The position numbers and the translations under genes were made by a program. Under the pieces are notes generated by a model, which searched no databases, was not told the DNA's origin, and worked only from the letters and a program-made list of their open reading frames with translations. A DNA stretch of 64,000 nucleotides from Gammaproteobacteria bacterium (lineage in GTDB: Bacteria > Pseudomonadota > Gammaproteobacteria > DRLM01). The stretch lies in contig JARRQJ010000021.1 of assembly GCA_037381915.1 (NCBI GenBank), positions 14,634 through 78,633 on the forward strand, in the 5' to 3' direction. Of this stretch, positions 55,381 through 64,000 are shown one piece after another; the first letter of the stretch is position 1; each line of letters opens with the position of its first letter.

Positions 55381-57399
55381 CTAGCCGACGGCGGGCAACT
55401 TGAAACTGCTCTCCTGGAGACGATGAATCTCGTCGCGCAGGCGCGCCGCGGCCTCGAACTCCAGGTTGCGGGCGTGCTCGTACATCTGCTGTTCCAGCCG
55501 TTTGATCTTCTGCGCCAGTTTGTCCGGCGGCAGCGCCGCGTAGCGCAGGCTCTCTTCCGCCACCCTGGCGTAATGGGCCGCGGTGTCGGGCGCGCCGGCG
55601 TGGGCGCCCTCCATGATATCGGTGATCGCCTTCTGGATGCCGCGGGGCGTGATGCCGTGCGTTTGGTTATAGGCGAGTTGTTTGTCGCGACGCCGCGTGG
55701 TCTCGTCCATGGCGCGTTGCATGGAACCGGTCACCCGATCCGCGTACATGATGGCGGTGCCGTTGATATTGCGCGCGGCACGGCCGATGGTCTGGATCAG
55801 CGAGCGATCGGAACGCAGAAAGCCCTCTTTGTCCGCGTCGAGGATGGCCACCAGAGACACCTCGGGGATATCCAGCCCTTCACGCAGCAGATTGATCCCC
55901 ACCAGCACGTCGAATGAACCCAGGCGCAGGTCGCGGATGATCTCCATACGCTCCACGGTATCGATATCCGAATGCAGGTACCGCACCCGCACCCCGTGCT
56001 CGGCCAGGTATTCGGTGAGATCCTCGGCCATGCGCTTGGTGAGGGTGGTGACCAGGACCCGTTCCTGGAGCGCAACGCGCTTGCGCACCTCCGACAGCAA
56101 GTCGTCCACCTGGGTCAGGGCGGGACGCACGATGATCTCGGGATCCACCAGCCCGGTAGGACGCACCACCTGTTCCACCACCTGGCCGGAATGGGCGCGT
56201 TCATAGTCGGCGGGCGTCGCCGAGACATAGATGGTCTGCGGTTGGCGGCGCTCGAATTCCTCGAAACGCAGCGGCCGGTTGTCCATGGCCGAGGGCAGGC
56301 GGAAACCGTACTCCACCAGGTTTTCCTTGCGGGAACGATCGCCCTTGTACATGGCCCCCAGTTGCGGCACCGCCACGTGGCTCTCGTCGATGACCAGCAA
56401 GGCGTTGTCGGGAAGGTAGTCGAACAGGGTCGCCGGCGGTTCGCCCGCGGCGCGCCCCGCCAAATGCCGCGAATAGTTTTCGATGCCGGGACAATGGCCC
56501 AGCTCCACCAGCATCTCGATATCCAGACGGGTGCGCTCCTCCAGGCGCTGCGCCTCCACCAGTTTATTGAGGCTGCGCAGTTGTTCCAGCCGTTCCTTGA
56601 GTTCAGCCTTGATCAGCTCCACGGCCTTGAGCACCCGGTCGCGGGGCGTCACGTAGTGGCTTTTGGGATAGATGGTGATGCGCGGCAACTTGCGCGTCAC
56701 CTCGCCGGTGAGGGGATCGAATAGGGCGATGGATTCGATCTCGTCGTCGAACAGTTCCACCCGCACCGCCTCGGCATCGGAATCCGCCGGATAGATGTCA
56801 ATGACCTCACCGCGCACCCGGTAGGTGGCACGGCGCAGTTCCATATCGTTGCGCGTGTATTGCAGCTCAGCGAGGCGGCGCAGAATGCCGCGCTGGTCCA
56901 CCAGGTCGCCGCGGCTGAGATGCAGCACCATGCTGAGATAGGCCTCGGGATCCCCCAGACCGTAGATGCAGGACACCGTGGCAACGATGACCACGTCGTG
57001 CCGTTCCATCAGCGCCTTGGTGGCGGACAGGCGCATCTGTTCGATATGATCGTTGATGGAGGCGTCTTTCTCGATATAGGTATCCGAGGACGGCACATAG
57101 GCCTCGGGCTGGTAGTAATCGTAATAGGAAACGAAGTACTCCACGGCATTGTGGGGGAAGAACTCCCGCATCTCGCCGTAAAGCTGCGCCGCCAGAGTTT
57201 TGTTGGGCGCCAGGATCAAAGTGGGGCGTTGCACTGCCTGAATCACGTTGGCGATGGTGAAGGTCTTGCCGGAGCCGGTGACGCCCAACAGGGTCTCTCC
57301 CGCCAGGCCGTCGTTCAGACCGGACACCAGCGCCTGGATGGCCGCGGGCTGGTCGCCGGTGGGGGCGAACTGGGCGGAAATTTCGAAAAATTTACTCAT
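55381..57399 (-). CDS. uvrB: Excinuclease ABC subunit UvrB
   Basis: [41 protein letters not shown]-terminal FE.AA.LRD. Confidence 0.98.
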   Translation of the reverse strand: MSKFFEISAQFAPTGDQPAAIQALVSGLNDGLAGETLLGVTGSGKTFTIANVIQAVQRPTLILAPNKTLAAQLYGEMREFFPHNAVEYFVSYYDYYQPEAYVPSSDTYIEKDASINDHIEQMRLSATKALMERHDVVIVATVSCIYGLGDPEAYLSMVLHLSRGDLVDQRGILRRLAELQYTRNDMELRRATYRVRGEVIDIYPADSDAEAVRVELFDDEIESIALFDPLTGEVTRKLPRITIYPKSHYVTPRDRVLKAVELIKAELKERLEQLRSLNKLVEAQRLEERTRLDIEMLVELGHCPGIENYSRHLAGRAAGEPPATLFDYLPDNALLVIDESHVAVPQLGAMYKGDRSRKENLVEYGFRLPSAMDNRPLRFEEFERRQPQTIYVSATPADYERAHSGQVVEQVVRPTGLVDPEIIVRPALTQVDDLLSEVRKRVALQERVLVTTLTKRMAEDLTEYLAEHGVRVRYLHSDIDTVERMEIIRDLRLGSFDVLVGINLLREGLDIPEVSLVAILDADKEGFLRSDRSLIQTIGRAARNINGTAIMYADRVTGSMQRAMDETTRRRDKQLAYNQTHGITPRGIQKAITDIMEGAHAGAPDTAAHYARVAEESLRYAALPPDKLAQKIKRLEQQMYEHARNLEFEAAARLRDEIHRLQESSFKLPAVG

Positions 57400-57469
57400 T
57401 GGGGATTCTGCGCAAAACGGCATTCAAGTATAGTACGCAACCGGCGAGAACTTAAAACGGAAAGCGCAA

Positions 57470-58651
57470 TTGGACGTTCAACTATCTACCCGCGTACAAC
57501 GCATCAAACCCTCTCCTACCCTTGCCGTAACCGCCCGCGCCGCCGCCCTGCGTGCCGCGGGCAAGGACATCATCGGTCTGGGGGCGGGCGAACCGGACTT
57601 CGACACGCCGGGCCATATCAAACAGGCCGCCATTAAGGCCATCCAGGACGGCTTCACCAAATATACCGACGTGGGCGGGACACCGCAGCTGAAGCAGGCG
57701 GTAATCGACAAATTCGCCCGCGAGAACGGCCTGCAGTATACGCCGGCACAGATCCTGGTATCGGTAGGCGGCAAGCAAAGCTTTTTCAACCTGGCCCAGG
57801 CCCTGCTCAACCCCGGTGATGAAGTCATCATTCCCGCACCCTACTGGGTATCGTACCCGGACATGGTGATGCTCGCCGACGGCGTGCCGGTGGTGATCTC
57901 CGCCGGCATCGACCAGCAGTTCAAGATCTCTCCGGCCCAACTGGAGTCTGCCATCACCCCCCTCACCCGGCTGGTGGTGATCAACAGCCCCTCCAATCCC
58001 ACCGGCAGCGCCTACACCCGCGATGAATTGGCGGCGCTGGGCGAGGTGCTGCGGCGCCACCCCCGGATACTCGTCGCTACCGATGACATGTACGAACACA
58101 TCCTGTGGACGGCGGAACCCTTCGTCAACATTCTCAACGTCTGCCCGGATCTGTTCGAGCGCACCATCGCGCTCAACGGTGTATCCAAGGCCTATTCCAT
58201 GACCGGCTGGCGTATCGGCTATGCCGGCGGACCGGCGCCGCTGATCGCGGCCATGAAAAACATCCAGTCCCAGAGCACCTCCAATCCCTGTTCGATATCC
58301 CAGGTGGCGGCCGAAGCGGCCCTAAATGGCGACCAGTCCTGCATCACCCGCATGTGCAAGGCCTTCAAGGAGCGCCATGATTTCGTGGTCAAGGAACTCA
58401 ATACCATTCCCGGGATCCGCTGCATCCCCGGTCAGGGGACCTTTTACTCCTTTCCCAATGTGGAGGGGATGATCGACCTCCTCGACGACGTGCAAACGGA
58501 CGCGGAGCTGGCGGAATTCCTCATCAATGAGGTCGGCGTAGCCCTGGTTCCCGGTTCGGCCTTCGGCGCGCCGGGGCATTTGCGCCTGTCCTTCGCCACC
58601 GATCTGGACACGTTGCGCGAGGCCACGAGGCGCCTCAAGAATGTGAAATAG
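57470..58651 (+). CDS. PLP-dependent class I (aspartate-type) aminotransferase
   Basis: GEPDFDTP, PYWVSY, NSPSNPTG, DDMYE, SKAYSMTGWRIGY. Confidence 0.93.
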   Translation: MDVQLSTRVQRIKPSPTLAVTARAAALRAAGKDIIGLGAGEPDFDTPGHIKQAAIKAIQDGFTKYTDVGGTPQLKQAVIDKFARENGLQYTPAQILVSVGGKQSFFNLAQALLNPGDEVIIPAPYWVSYPDMVMLADGVPVVISAGIDQQFKISPAQLESAITPLTRLVVINSPSNPTGSAYTRDELAALGEVLRRHPRILVATDDMYEHILWTAEPFVNILNVCPDLFERTIALNGVSKAYSMTGWRIGYAGGPAPLIAAMKNIQSQSTSNPCSISQVAAEAALNGDQSCITRMCKAFKERHDFVVKELNTIPGIRCIPGQGTFYSFPNVEGMIDLLDDVQTDAELAEFLINEVGVALVPGSAFGAPGHLRLSFATDLDTLREATRRLKNVK

Positions 58652-58698
58652 AGTTGAGGAAGGTATAAAATTAGTCATACGGTCGAGGGGGGAATACC

Positions 58699-59247
58699 AT
58701 GGGTTTCAGCGAGAACTCACGATTCGCGCAGAAACGCCGAGAGAGGGGCTTCACCTTAATAGAAGCACTGACCAGCCTGACGGTCGCCTCCATCCTGGTC
58801 ACCGCCGCCGTTCCCGCCCTGCAGAATTTCATCATCCGCAATCGCATGTCCACCGAGGTCAATAGCTTCGTCGGCTCCCTGTACCTTGCGCGCAGCGAAG
58901 CGGTGAAACGGCTGCATAACGTCAGTCTCTGCACAGTGGACGCCTCGGGAAATTGTGATGCCTCCCAAACGGATTGGGCCCATGGCTGGAAGGTCTATTA
59001 CACCGACCCCGCCACCGGCAACCCGGTCACCCTCCAGCAGACCCCGGCGCTGCCGGGCCGCTTCACGGTCAACGCCAACCAATCCGCCTTCGCCTACGAC
59101 CCCACCGGCAAGCTCGCCAGGGCCGCCACCAACGGAACCTACGTCTTTTGCGATACCGGCAACATCGCCCGGCCGCGCGACGTGATCGTCTCCGCCGAAG
59201 GCCGGGTTCGCTCTCATGTCGCCACTGACTGCACAGCCGGCGGCTGA
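58699..59247 (+). CDS. GspH/FimT family minor pilin
   Basis: Prepilin site RGFTLIE, hydrophobic helix, ARSEAVKR, W.HGW.V, GTYVFCD, GRVR. Confidence 0.9.
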   Translation: MGFSENSRFAQKRRERGFTLIEALTSLTVASILVTAAVPALQNFIIRNRMSTEVNSFVGSLYLARSEAVKRLHNVSLCTVDASGNCDASQTDWAHGWKVYYTDPATGNPVTLQQTPALPGRFTVNANQSAFAYDPTGKLARAATNGTYVFCDTGNIARPRDVIVSAEGRVRSHVATDCTAGG

Positions 59248-59491
59248 ATAATGGTCGGTGCGGGGAGCGGTAGGGATCGCCGCTTCCTCGGATTTAATCT
59301 ACAGCTGCCTAAGCGTGGCGCAGATACGGCGGGCGCTCACCGAAGCCGCCCAAGCCATGCGCATGTGCCTGAACTGATTCACACGCCACGACGCCGCTGA
59401 TGCAGCTGGAGATAAAAAATGGTAGGCTTTTGAAGAAGGGCCGTTTTATTTGGATTTTCTCCATACAAAACGGCCTCTAACTTATTGAATT

Positions 59492-59567
59492 TGGCTCCCC
59501 AGCGCGGACTCGAACCACGGACCCGGTGATTAACAGTCACCTGCTCTACCAACTGAGCTACTGGGGA
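59492..59567 (-). tRNA. tRNA-Asn(GTT)
   Basis: 76-nt cloverleaf TCCCCAG...GGTGA-CTGTTAA-TCACC...GTTCGAGTC...CCA. Confidence 0.97.
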
Positions 59568-59690
59568 TCGGACGAAACGCAGTGGCTGCGTAGTCTACTG
59601 AGCCCGCCGGGGCGGGTCAATAGTAAAGTCCGCTTTTGTAAGGCTTTATGGTAAACAGTTATCGCAAGCCCATGAGTGAAAATAGTCGAT

Positions 59691-60236
59691 ATGCCGCGCA
59701 AAAATAAACTTTCCCCTGAAGATATCGAGCTTTTTCGCCGGGAAGTAGGGCCGGTCAACCCTATGCGCGCGACCAACCGGGCGACCCTGATCAAGAAACC
59801 CAGGCCGCCGCGGCGTCAGCCGTCCCTGGACCAGGATCGCGACGCAGGCCGGGGTCCGGCGTTCGATACATTTGCCCCCCTGGACGGGGCGGCGGACGAG
59901 GAATTGTCCTTCGTCCGACCCGGCGTGCAGCACGCGCAATTCCGCAAGCTGCGCAAAGGCCGCCGCGCCATTCGCAGCGAGCTGGATCTGCACGGATTGA
60001 CCGCGGCGCAGGCACGTGAGGAGCTGATCGCCTTTCTCCGCGAAAGCCAGGCGCGAGGCGAGCGTTGCGTCCGCATCATTCACGGCAAGGGTTATAACTC
60101 CCCCGATCGCCGGCCGGTCCTCAAAACCAAGCTCAATATCTGGCTGCGCCAATGCGATGAAGTCCTGGCATTCTGTTCGGCGCCGCTTCACGACGGCGGC
60201 ACCGGTGCCGCCTACGTCCTACTCAGCACCCGTTGA
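59691..60236 (+). CDS. Smr/MutS2-domain protein (SmrA/SmrB-like)
   Basis: ELFRREV, LRKG, LDLHG, IIHGKG, VLAFCSA...GGTGA.YVLL. Confidence 0.9.
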   Translation: MPRKNKLSPEDIELFRREVGPVNPMRATNRATLIKKPRPPRRQPSLDQDRDAGRGPAFDTFAPLDGAADEELSFVRPGVQHAQFRKLRKGRRAIRSELDLHGLTAAQAREELIAFLRESQARGERCVRIIHGKGYNSPDRRPVLKTKLNIWLRQCDEVLAFCSAPLHDGGTGAAYVLLSTR

Positions 60237-60353
60237 TCGTTTTTTTCAGTGACTGCAGACTGTCTCCGCCGGCGGTGATATGGGAAAATAGGCGCGCGTC
60301 CCCGGCACACGCCGTGGGATGTCATGCACATTGGTTCTTATCGTGGAAAATTC

Positions 60354-63300
60354 ATGAGTTCACCCACCCAGGCGCACGAGTCCCAAGCCCTTTTGCAACC
60401 CTTGCTCCCGGATAAGCCGGGACACGTCGTTCACTGGCTGGGCCTGTACGGCAGCGCCCTCGGCCTGGCGGCCAATCAGGCGGCGCAGCGCCATCGCGCA
60501 CCGTTGCTGCTCCTTACCGCCGATGCGCAGGAAGCCAATCGGCTGGAATATGAAGCACGCTTTTTCGGCAGTGGTAAGGAAGGTTTGCCGGTACTCAACT
60601 TCCCGGACTGGGAAACCCTGCCCTACGACAGTTTTTCTCCTCACCAGGACATCGTCTCCCAGCGTCTGGAAACCCTGTATCAACTGCCCGCCTTGCAGCG
60701 TGGCGTGCTGGTAGTACCGATTTCCAACCTGATGAACCGACTGCCGCCGCGCCACTACCTGCAATCCCACAGTCTGATCCTGAGCAACGGCGATCGACTC
60801 GACCTGAACGACATGCGTTCACGCCTCGAAGCGAGCGGCTACCGCTGCGTGTCCCAGGTGATGGAGCATGGGGAATTTGCCGTGCGCGGCAGCCTGCTCG
60901 ATCTCTATCCCATGGGCAGCCGCCTGCCCTATCGCATCGATCTCTTCGACGATCAAGTGGACAGCATCCGCACCTTCGATCCCGAGAATCAACGCTCGCT
61001 GGACAATGTGGAACACATTCGGCTCCTGCCGGCGCACGAGTTTCCACTGACCGCGAACGCCGTCACCCACTTCCGCCAGGCCCATCGCCTGCGCTTCGAA
61101 GGCAATCCGCAGCACAGCACCATCTACCGCGACGTCAGCGACGGGCTGGCGCCGCCGGGCATCGAATACTATCTGCCGCTGTTCTTCGAGCAAACCGAAG
61201 GCCTGCTCGATTATCTCAATCCCGACACGCTGATCATCGCCACCGCCGGCGCGACCGCCGCCGCCGAAGGTTTCTGGCGGGAGATCAACGAGCGCTACGA
61301 ATCGCTGCGCCACAATCCGGAACGGCCACTGCTGGCGCCGGACGAGGCCTTCGTGGCGCCTGAACCGCTCCATGCGGCGCTGGCGCGCTTTGCCCGGGTG
61401 GACGTTGATCCCTTCATGGACGCCACCCCGCCGCCGCACACCCGGCGCTTCGCAACCCATGCCCCGCCGCCGCTGCCCATCGTCGCCCGTGCCGAACAGC
61501 CTGCCGAGATCCTGATGAATTTCCTGCAAGGTTTCAGCGGCCGGGTGCTGTTCGCCGCGGAGACGGCGGGACGCCGTGAAACCCTGTTGGATCTGTTGAA
61601 GGGCCATGGACTGCATCCCGTGCTGTTTGAGGACTGGCAAGGCTTTCTTGCCGGCGACGCACGGCTGGGGCTGACGGTGGCGGCCCTGGAACAGGGGCTG
61701 CTGCTGGACGACCCGCGCATCGCCATCATCAGCGAGGTGCAACTGTTCGGCGAACAGGTCCTGCAGCAGCGCCGCCGCAAGACGGCGCGCGGCCGCGACG
61801 CCGATGCCGTCATCCGCGATCTCACTGAACTCAACCTCGGCGCACCGGTGGTACACGAGGACCACGGCGTGGGGCGCTACCGGGGCATGCAGACCCTCAA
61901 CGTCGGCGGCATCACCACCGAGTTCATCACCATCGAATACGCGGGCGGCGACAAGCTTTATGTGCCGGTCGCCTCGCTGCATCTTATCAGCCGCTACAGC
62001 GGCGCGGCACCGGAACAGGCACCCTTGCACAAGCTCGGCTCGGATCAATGGGTCAAGGCCAAACGCCGCGCCGCGGAGAAGGTCCGCGACGTGGCGGCGG
62101 AATTGCTGGACATCTACGCACGCCGCGCTGCCCGCAAGGGCTTTGCCTTTTCGCCGCCGGATGCACAGTACCGCGCCTTCACCGCCACCTTTCCCTTCGA
62201 GGAGACGCCGGATCAGCAGACTGCCATCGACGCCGTCATCGAGGGCGTAACACAAACCCAGCCCATGGATCGCCTGATATGCGGCGATGTGGGTTTCGGC
62301 AAGACCGAAGTGGCCATGCGCGCCGCCTTCATCGCGGTGCAGAACAACAAGCAGGTGGTAGTCCTGGTCCCCACCACTTTGCTGGCCCAGCAGCATTATC
62401 AGAACTTCCAGGACCGCTTCGCGGACTGGCCGGTCAAGGTGGCGAGCCTGTCGCGCTTCCGTTCTGCCAAGGAACAGGAGACAGTCCTGCAGGGCCTGCG
62501 CGACGGCAGCGTGGACATTGTCATCGGCACCCATAGACTTCTGCAAGCCGGCATCCAGTTCAAGCGCCTCGGCCTGGTGATCGTCGACGAGGAGCATCGT
62601 TTCGGCGTCCGCCAGAAGGAATGGCTGAAAAGCCTGCGCAGCGAAGTCCACGTGCTCACCCTCACCGCTACCCCCATCCCCCGCACCCTGAACATGGCCC
62701 TGTCGGGTATGCGCGATTTGTCCATCATCGCCACCCCGCCGTCTCGGCGCCTGGCGATCAAGACCTTCGTGCGCCAATGGGACAACGGTCTGATCCGCGA
62801 GGCCTGTCTGCGCGAACTCAAGCGCGGCGGCCAGGTGTTTTTTCTGCACAACGAGGTCAAGACCATCGACAAGACCGCCCGCCAACTGGCGGCGCTGCTC
62901 CCGGAGGCGCGCATCCGCGTCGCTCACGGCCAGATGCGTGAACGGGAACTGGAACAGGTGATGCTGGACTTCTATCACCATCGCTTCAATATCCTGGTGT
63001 GCACCACCATCATCGAGACCGGCATCGACATCCCCAACGCCAATACCATCATCATCCACGACGCCGATCACTTCGGCCTGGCGCAGCTCCATCAATTGCG
63101 CGGCCGGGTCGGGCGCTCCCATCACCAGGCCTACGCCTATCTGGTGGTGCCGCCGCGCAAATTGATGACCGCCGATGCGGTAAAACGCCTGGAGGCCATC
63201 GAATCGCTGGAAGACCTGGGTGCGGGCTTCACCCTCGCCACCCATGACCTGGAGATCCGCGGCGCGGGGGAATTGCTGGGCGACGAGCAAAGCGGCCAGA

Positions 63301-63848
63301 TGCATGAGATCGGCTTCACCTTGTATACGCAATTGCTGGAGCGTGCGGTCCAGGCACTGAAGTCCGGCCGCGAACCCGACCTGCAGGCGCCTTTGAGCCG
63401 CGGCGGCGAGATCGACCTGCGCATCCCGGCCTTGATCCCGGAGGACTACCTCCCCGATGTCCACGCCCGCCTGGTGATGTACAAGCGCATCGCCAGCGCC
63501 GACAACGACGAGGCGTTGAAAGAACTGCAGGTGGAGATGATCGACCGCTTCGGCCTTCTGCCGGAGCCCGCCAAGAACCTGTTTCGCCTGACTCAGATCA
63601 AGCTCAAGGCCCAGGGCCTGGGCATCCGCAAGCTGGAGGCCGGTCCCAACGGCGGCCGTATCATCTTCGACAAGGAACCCAAGATCGACCCCACCACGGT
63701 GATCCGCCTGATCCAGACCCAGCCCAAGACCTACAAGCTCGACGGTCAGGACAAGTTGCGCTTCATGCAGGACATGCCGGAGCGGGAACAACGCTTTCAG
63801 GCGGCGGAAAAGCTATTGGACATGCTCGCGATCAAGCAGGCGGCGTGA
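60354..63848 (+). CDS. mfd: Transcription-repair coupling factor
   Basis: FPDWETLPYD, VVH.DHGVGRY, GDVGFGKT, DEEH, QLRGRVGR, DLEIRGAG. Start is 60354 or 60324. Confidence 0.98.
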   Translation: MSSPTQAHESQALLQPLLPDKPGHVVHWLGLYGSALGLAANQAAQRHRAPLLLLTADAQEANRLEYEARFFGSGKEGLPVLNFPDWETLPYDSFSPHQDIVSQRLETLYQLPALQRGVLVVPISNLMNRLPPRHYLQSHSLILSNGDRLDLNDMRSRLEASGYRCVSQVMEHGEFAVRGSLLDLYPMGSRLPYRIDLFDDQVDSIRTFDPENQRSLDNVEHIRLLPAHEFPLTANAVTHFRQAHRLRFEGNPQHSTIYRDVSDGLAPPGIEYYLPLFFEQTEGLLDYLNPDTLIIATAGATAAAEGFWREINERYESLRHNPERPLLAPDEAFVAPEPLHAALARFARVDVDPFMDATPPPHTRRFATHAPPPLPIVARAEQPAEILMNFLQGFSGRVLFAAETAGRRETLLDLLKGHGLHPVLFEDWQGFLAGDARLGLTVAALEQGLLLDDPRIAIISEVQLFGEQVLQQRRRKTARGRDADAVIRDLTELNLGAPVVHEDHGVGRYRGMQTLNVGGITTEFITIEYAGGDKLYVPVASLHLISRYSGAAPEQAPLHKLGSDQWVKAKRRAAEKVRDVAAELLDIYARRAARKGFAFSPPDAQYRAFTATFPFEETPDQQTAIDAVIEGVTQTQPMDRLICGDVGFGKTEVAMRAAFIAVQNNKQVVVLVPTTLLAQQHYQNFQDRFADWPVKVASLSRFRSAKEQETVLQGLRDGSVDIVIGTHRLLQAGIQFKRLGLVIVDEEHRFGVRQKEWLKSLRSEVHVLTLTATPIPRTLNMALSGMRDLSIIATPPSRRLAIKTFVRQWDNGLIREACLRELKRGGQVFFLHNEVKTIDKTARQLAALLPEARIRVAHGQMRERELEQVMLDFYHHRFNILVCTTIIETGIDIPNANTIIIHDADHFGLAQLHQLRGRVGRSHHQAYAYLVVPPRKLMTADAVKRLEAIESLEDLGAGFTLATHDLEIRGAGELLGDEQSGQMHEIGFTLYTQLLERAVQALKSGREPDLQAPLSRGGEIDLRIPALIPEDYLPDVHARLVMYKRIASADNDEALKELQVEMIDRFGLLPEPAKNLFRLTQIKLKAQGLGIRKLEAGPNGGRIIFDKEPKIDPTTVIRLIQTQPKTYKLDGQDKLRFMQDMPEREQRFQAAEKLLDMLAIKQAA

Positions 63849-63911
63849 AGACATGACTAATCACCCGGCCGCGAAAAGATCCATGGCCATCGAATCACTG
63901 CTGTCCCCAAG

Positions 63912-63951
63912 CCCCTCTCGCTTCGGGAGGTAAGGCGGAATAGGGATAAGG
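63912..63951 (-). repeat. Degenerate REP-like copy downstream of mfd
   Basis: CCCCTCTCGCTTCGGGAGG...AGGGATAAGG resembles the reverse orientation of the 52132/55085 family. Confidence 0.4.
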
Positions 63952-64000
63952 TCGGTGGAACTTTTCCCCGCCAAAGGGGGCACCGTGTTCAAGTGCGCCC

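Noticed and set aside
59280-59420. Possible integrase remnant next to tRNA-Asn
   Set aside because: No convincing tyrosine-recombinase motif in the frames I read.
60819-63791. 990-aa antisense ORF inside mfd, and similar long antisense ORFs over trxB, icd, mnmA, the aldolase, pheT and pheS
   Set aside because: They mirror well-conserved genes on the opposite strand; high-GC codon bias suppresses antisense stops, and none has recognisable motifs.

Overview
64 kb of mostly core chromosome from a GC-rich gammaproteobacterium. Gene order: rarA(partial)-lolA-ftsK / trxB / LolA-like / FemAB-like GNAT-aat-bpt-infA / clpA-clpS / cspD / icd / rluE-nudJ-mnmA-hflD-purB / rnd / glycerol-phosphate cluster / aldolase-SDR / ettA / EAL-HDOD / pcm / ispG / MacAB-type ABC exporter / rimK / Ca-Na antiporter / ppnN / four-lipoprotein operon (LPP20-LpoB-COG3014-LPP20) / LexA-UmuD-like repressor with a decayed Y-family polymerase / tRNA-Pro / merR-like, ihfA, pheT, pheS, rplT, rpmI, infC, thrS (minus strand) / tRNA-Val / uvrB / aminotransferase / fimT / tRNA-Asn / smr / mfd. 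I saw no CRISPR array, intact transposase, integrase or prophage. Main anomalies: (1) both PheRS subunits are altered, with an exact in-frame 57-bp tandem duplication in the PheT editing domain and an unrelated 18-codon segment in place of the conserved PheS C-terminus; (2) a probably leaderless lexA-like gene has a Firmicutes-type GAAC-N4-GTTC box inside its promoter and is followed by a dinB/umuC pseudogene next to a tRNA 3' end; (3) several unannotated structured RNA candidates, including a sigma54-type ~90-nt sRNA; (4) an uncharacterised four-lipoprotein operon and an expanded N-degron gene cluster. All calls come from reading motifs by eye; no database search was run.
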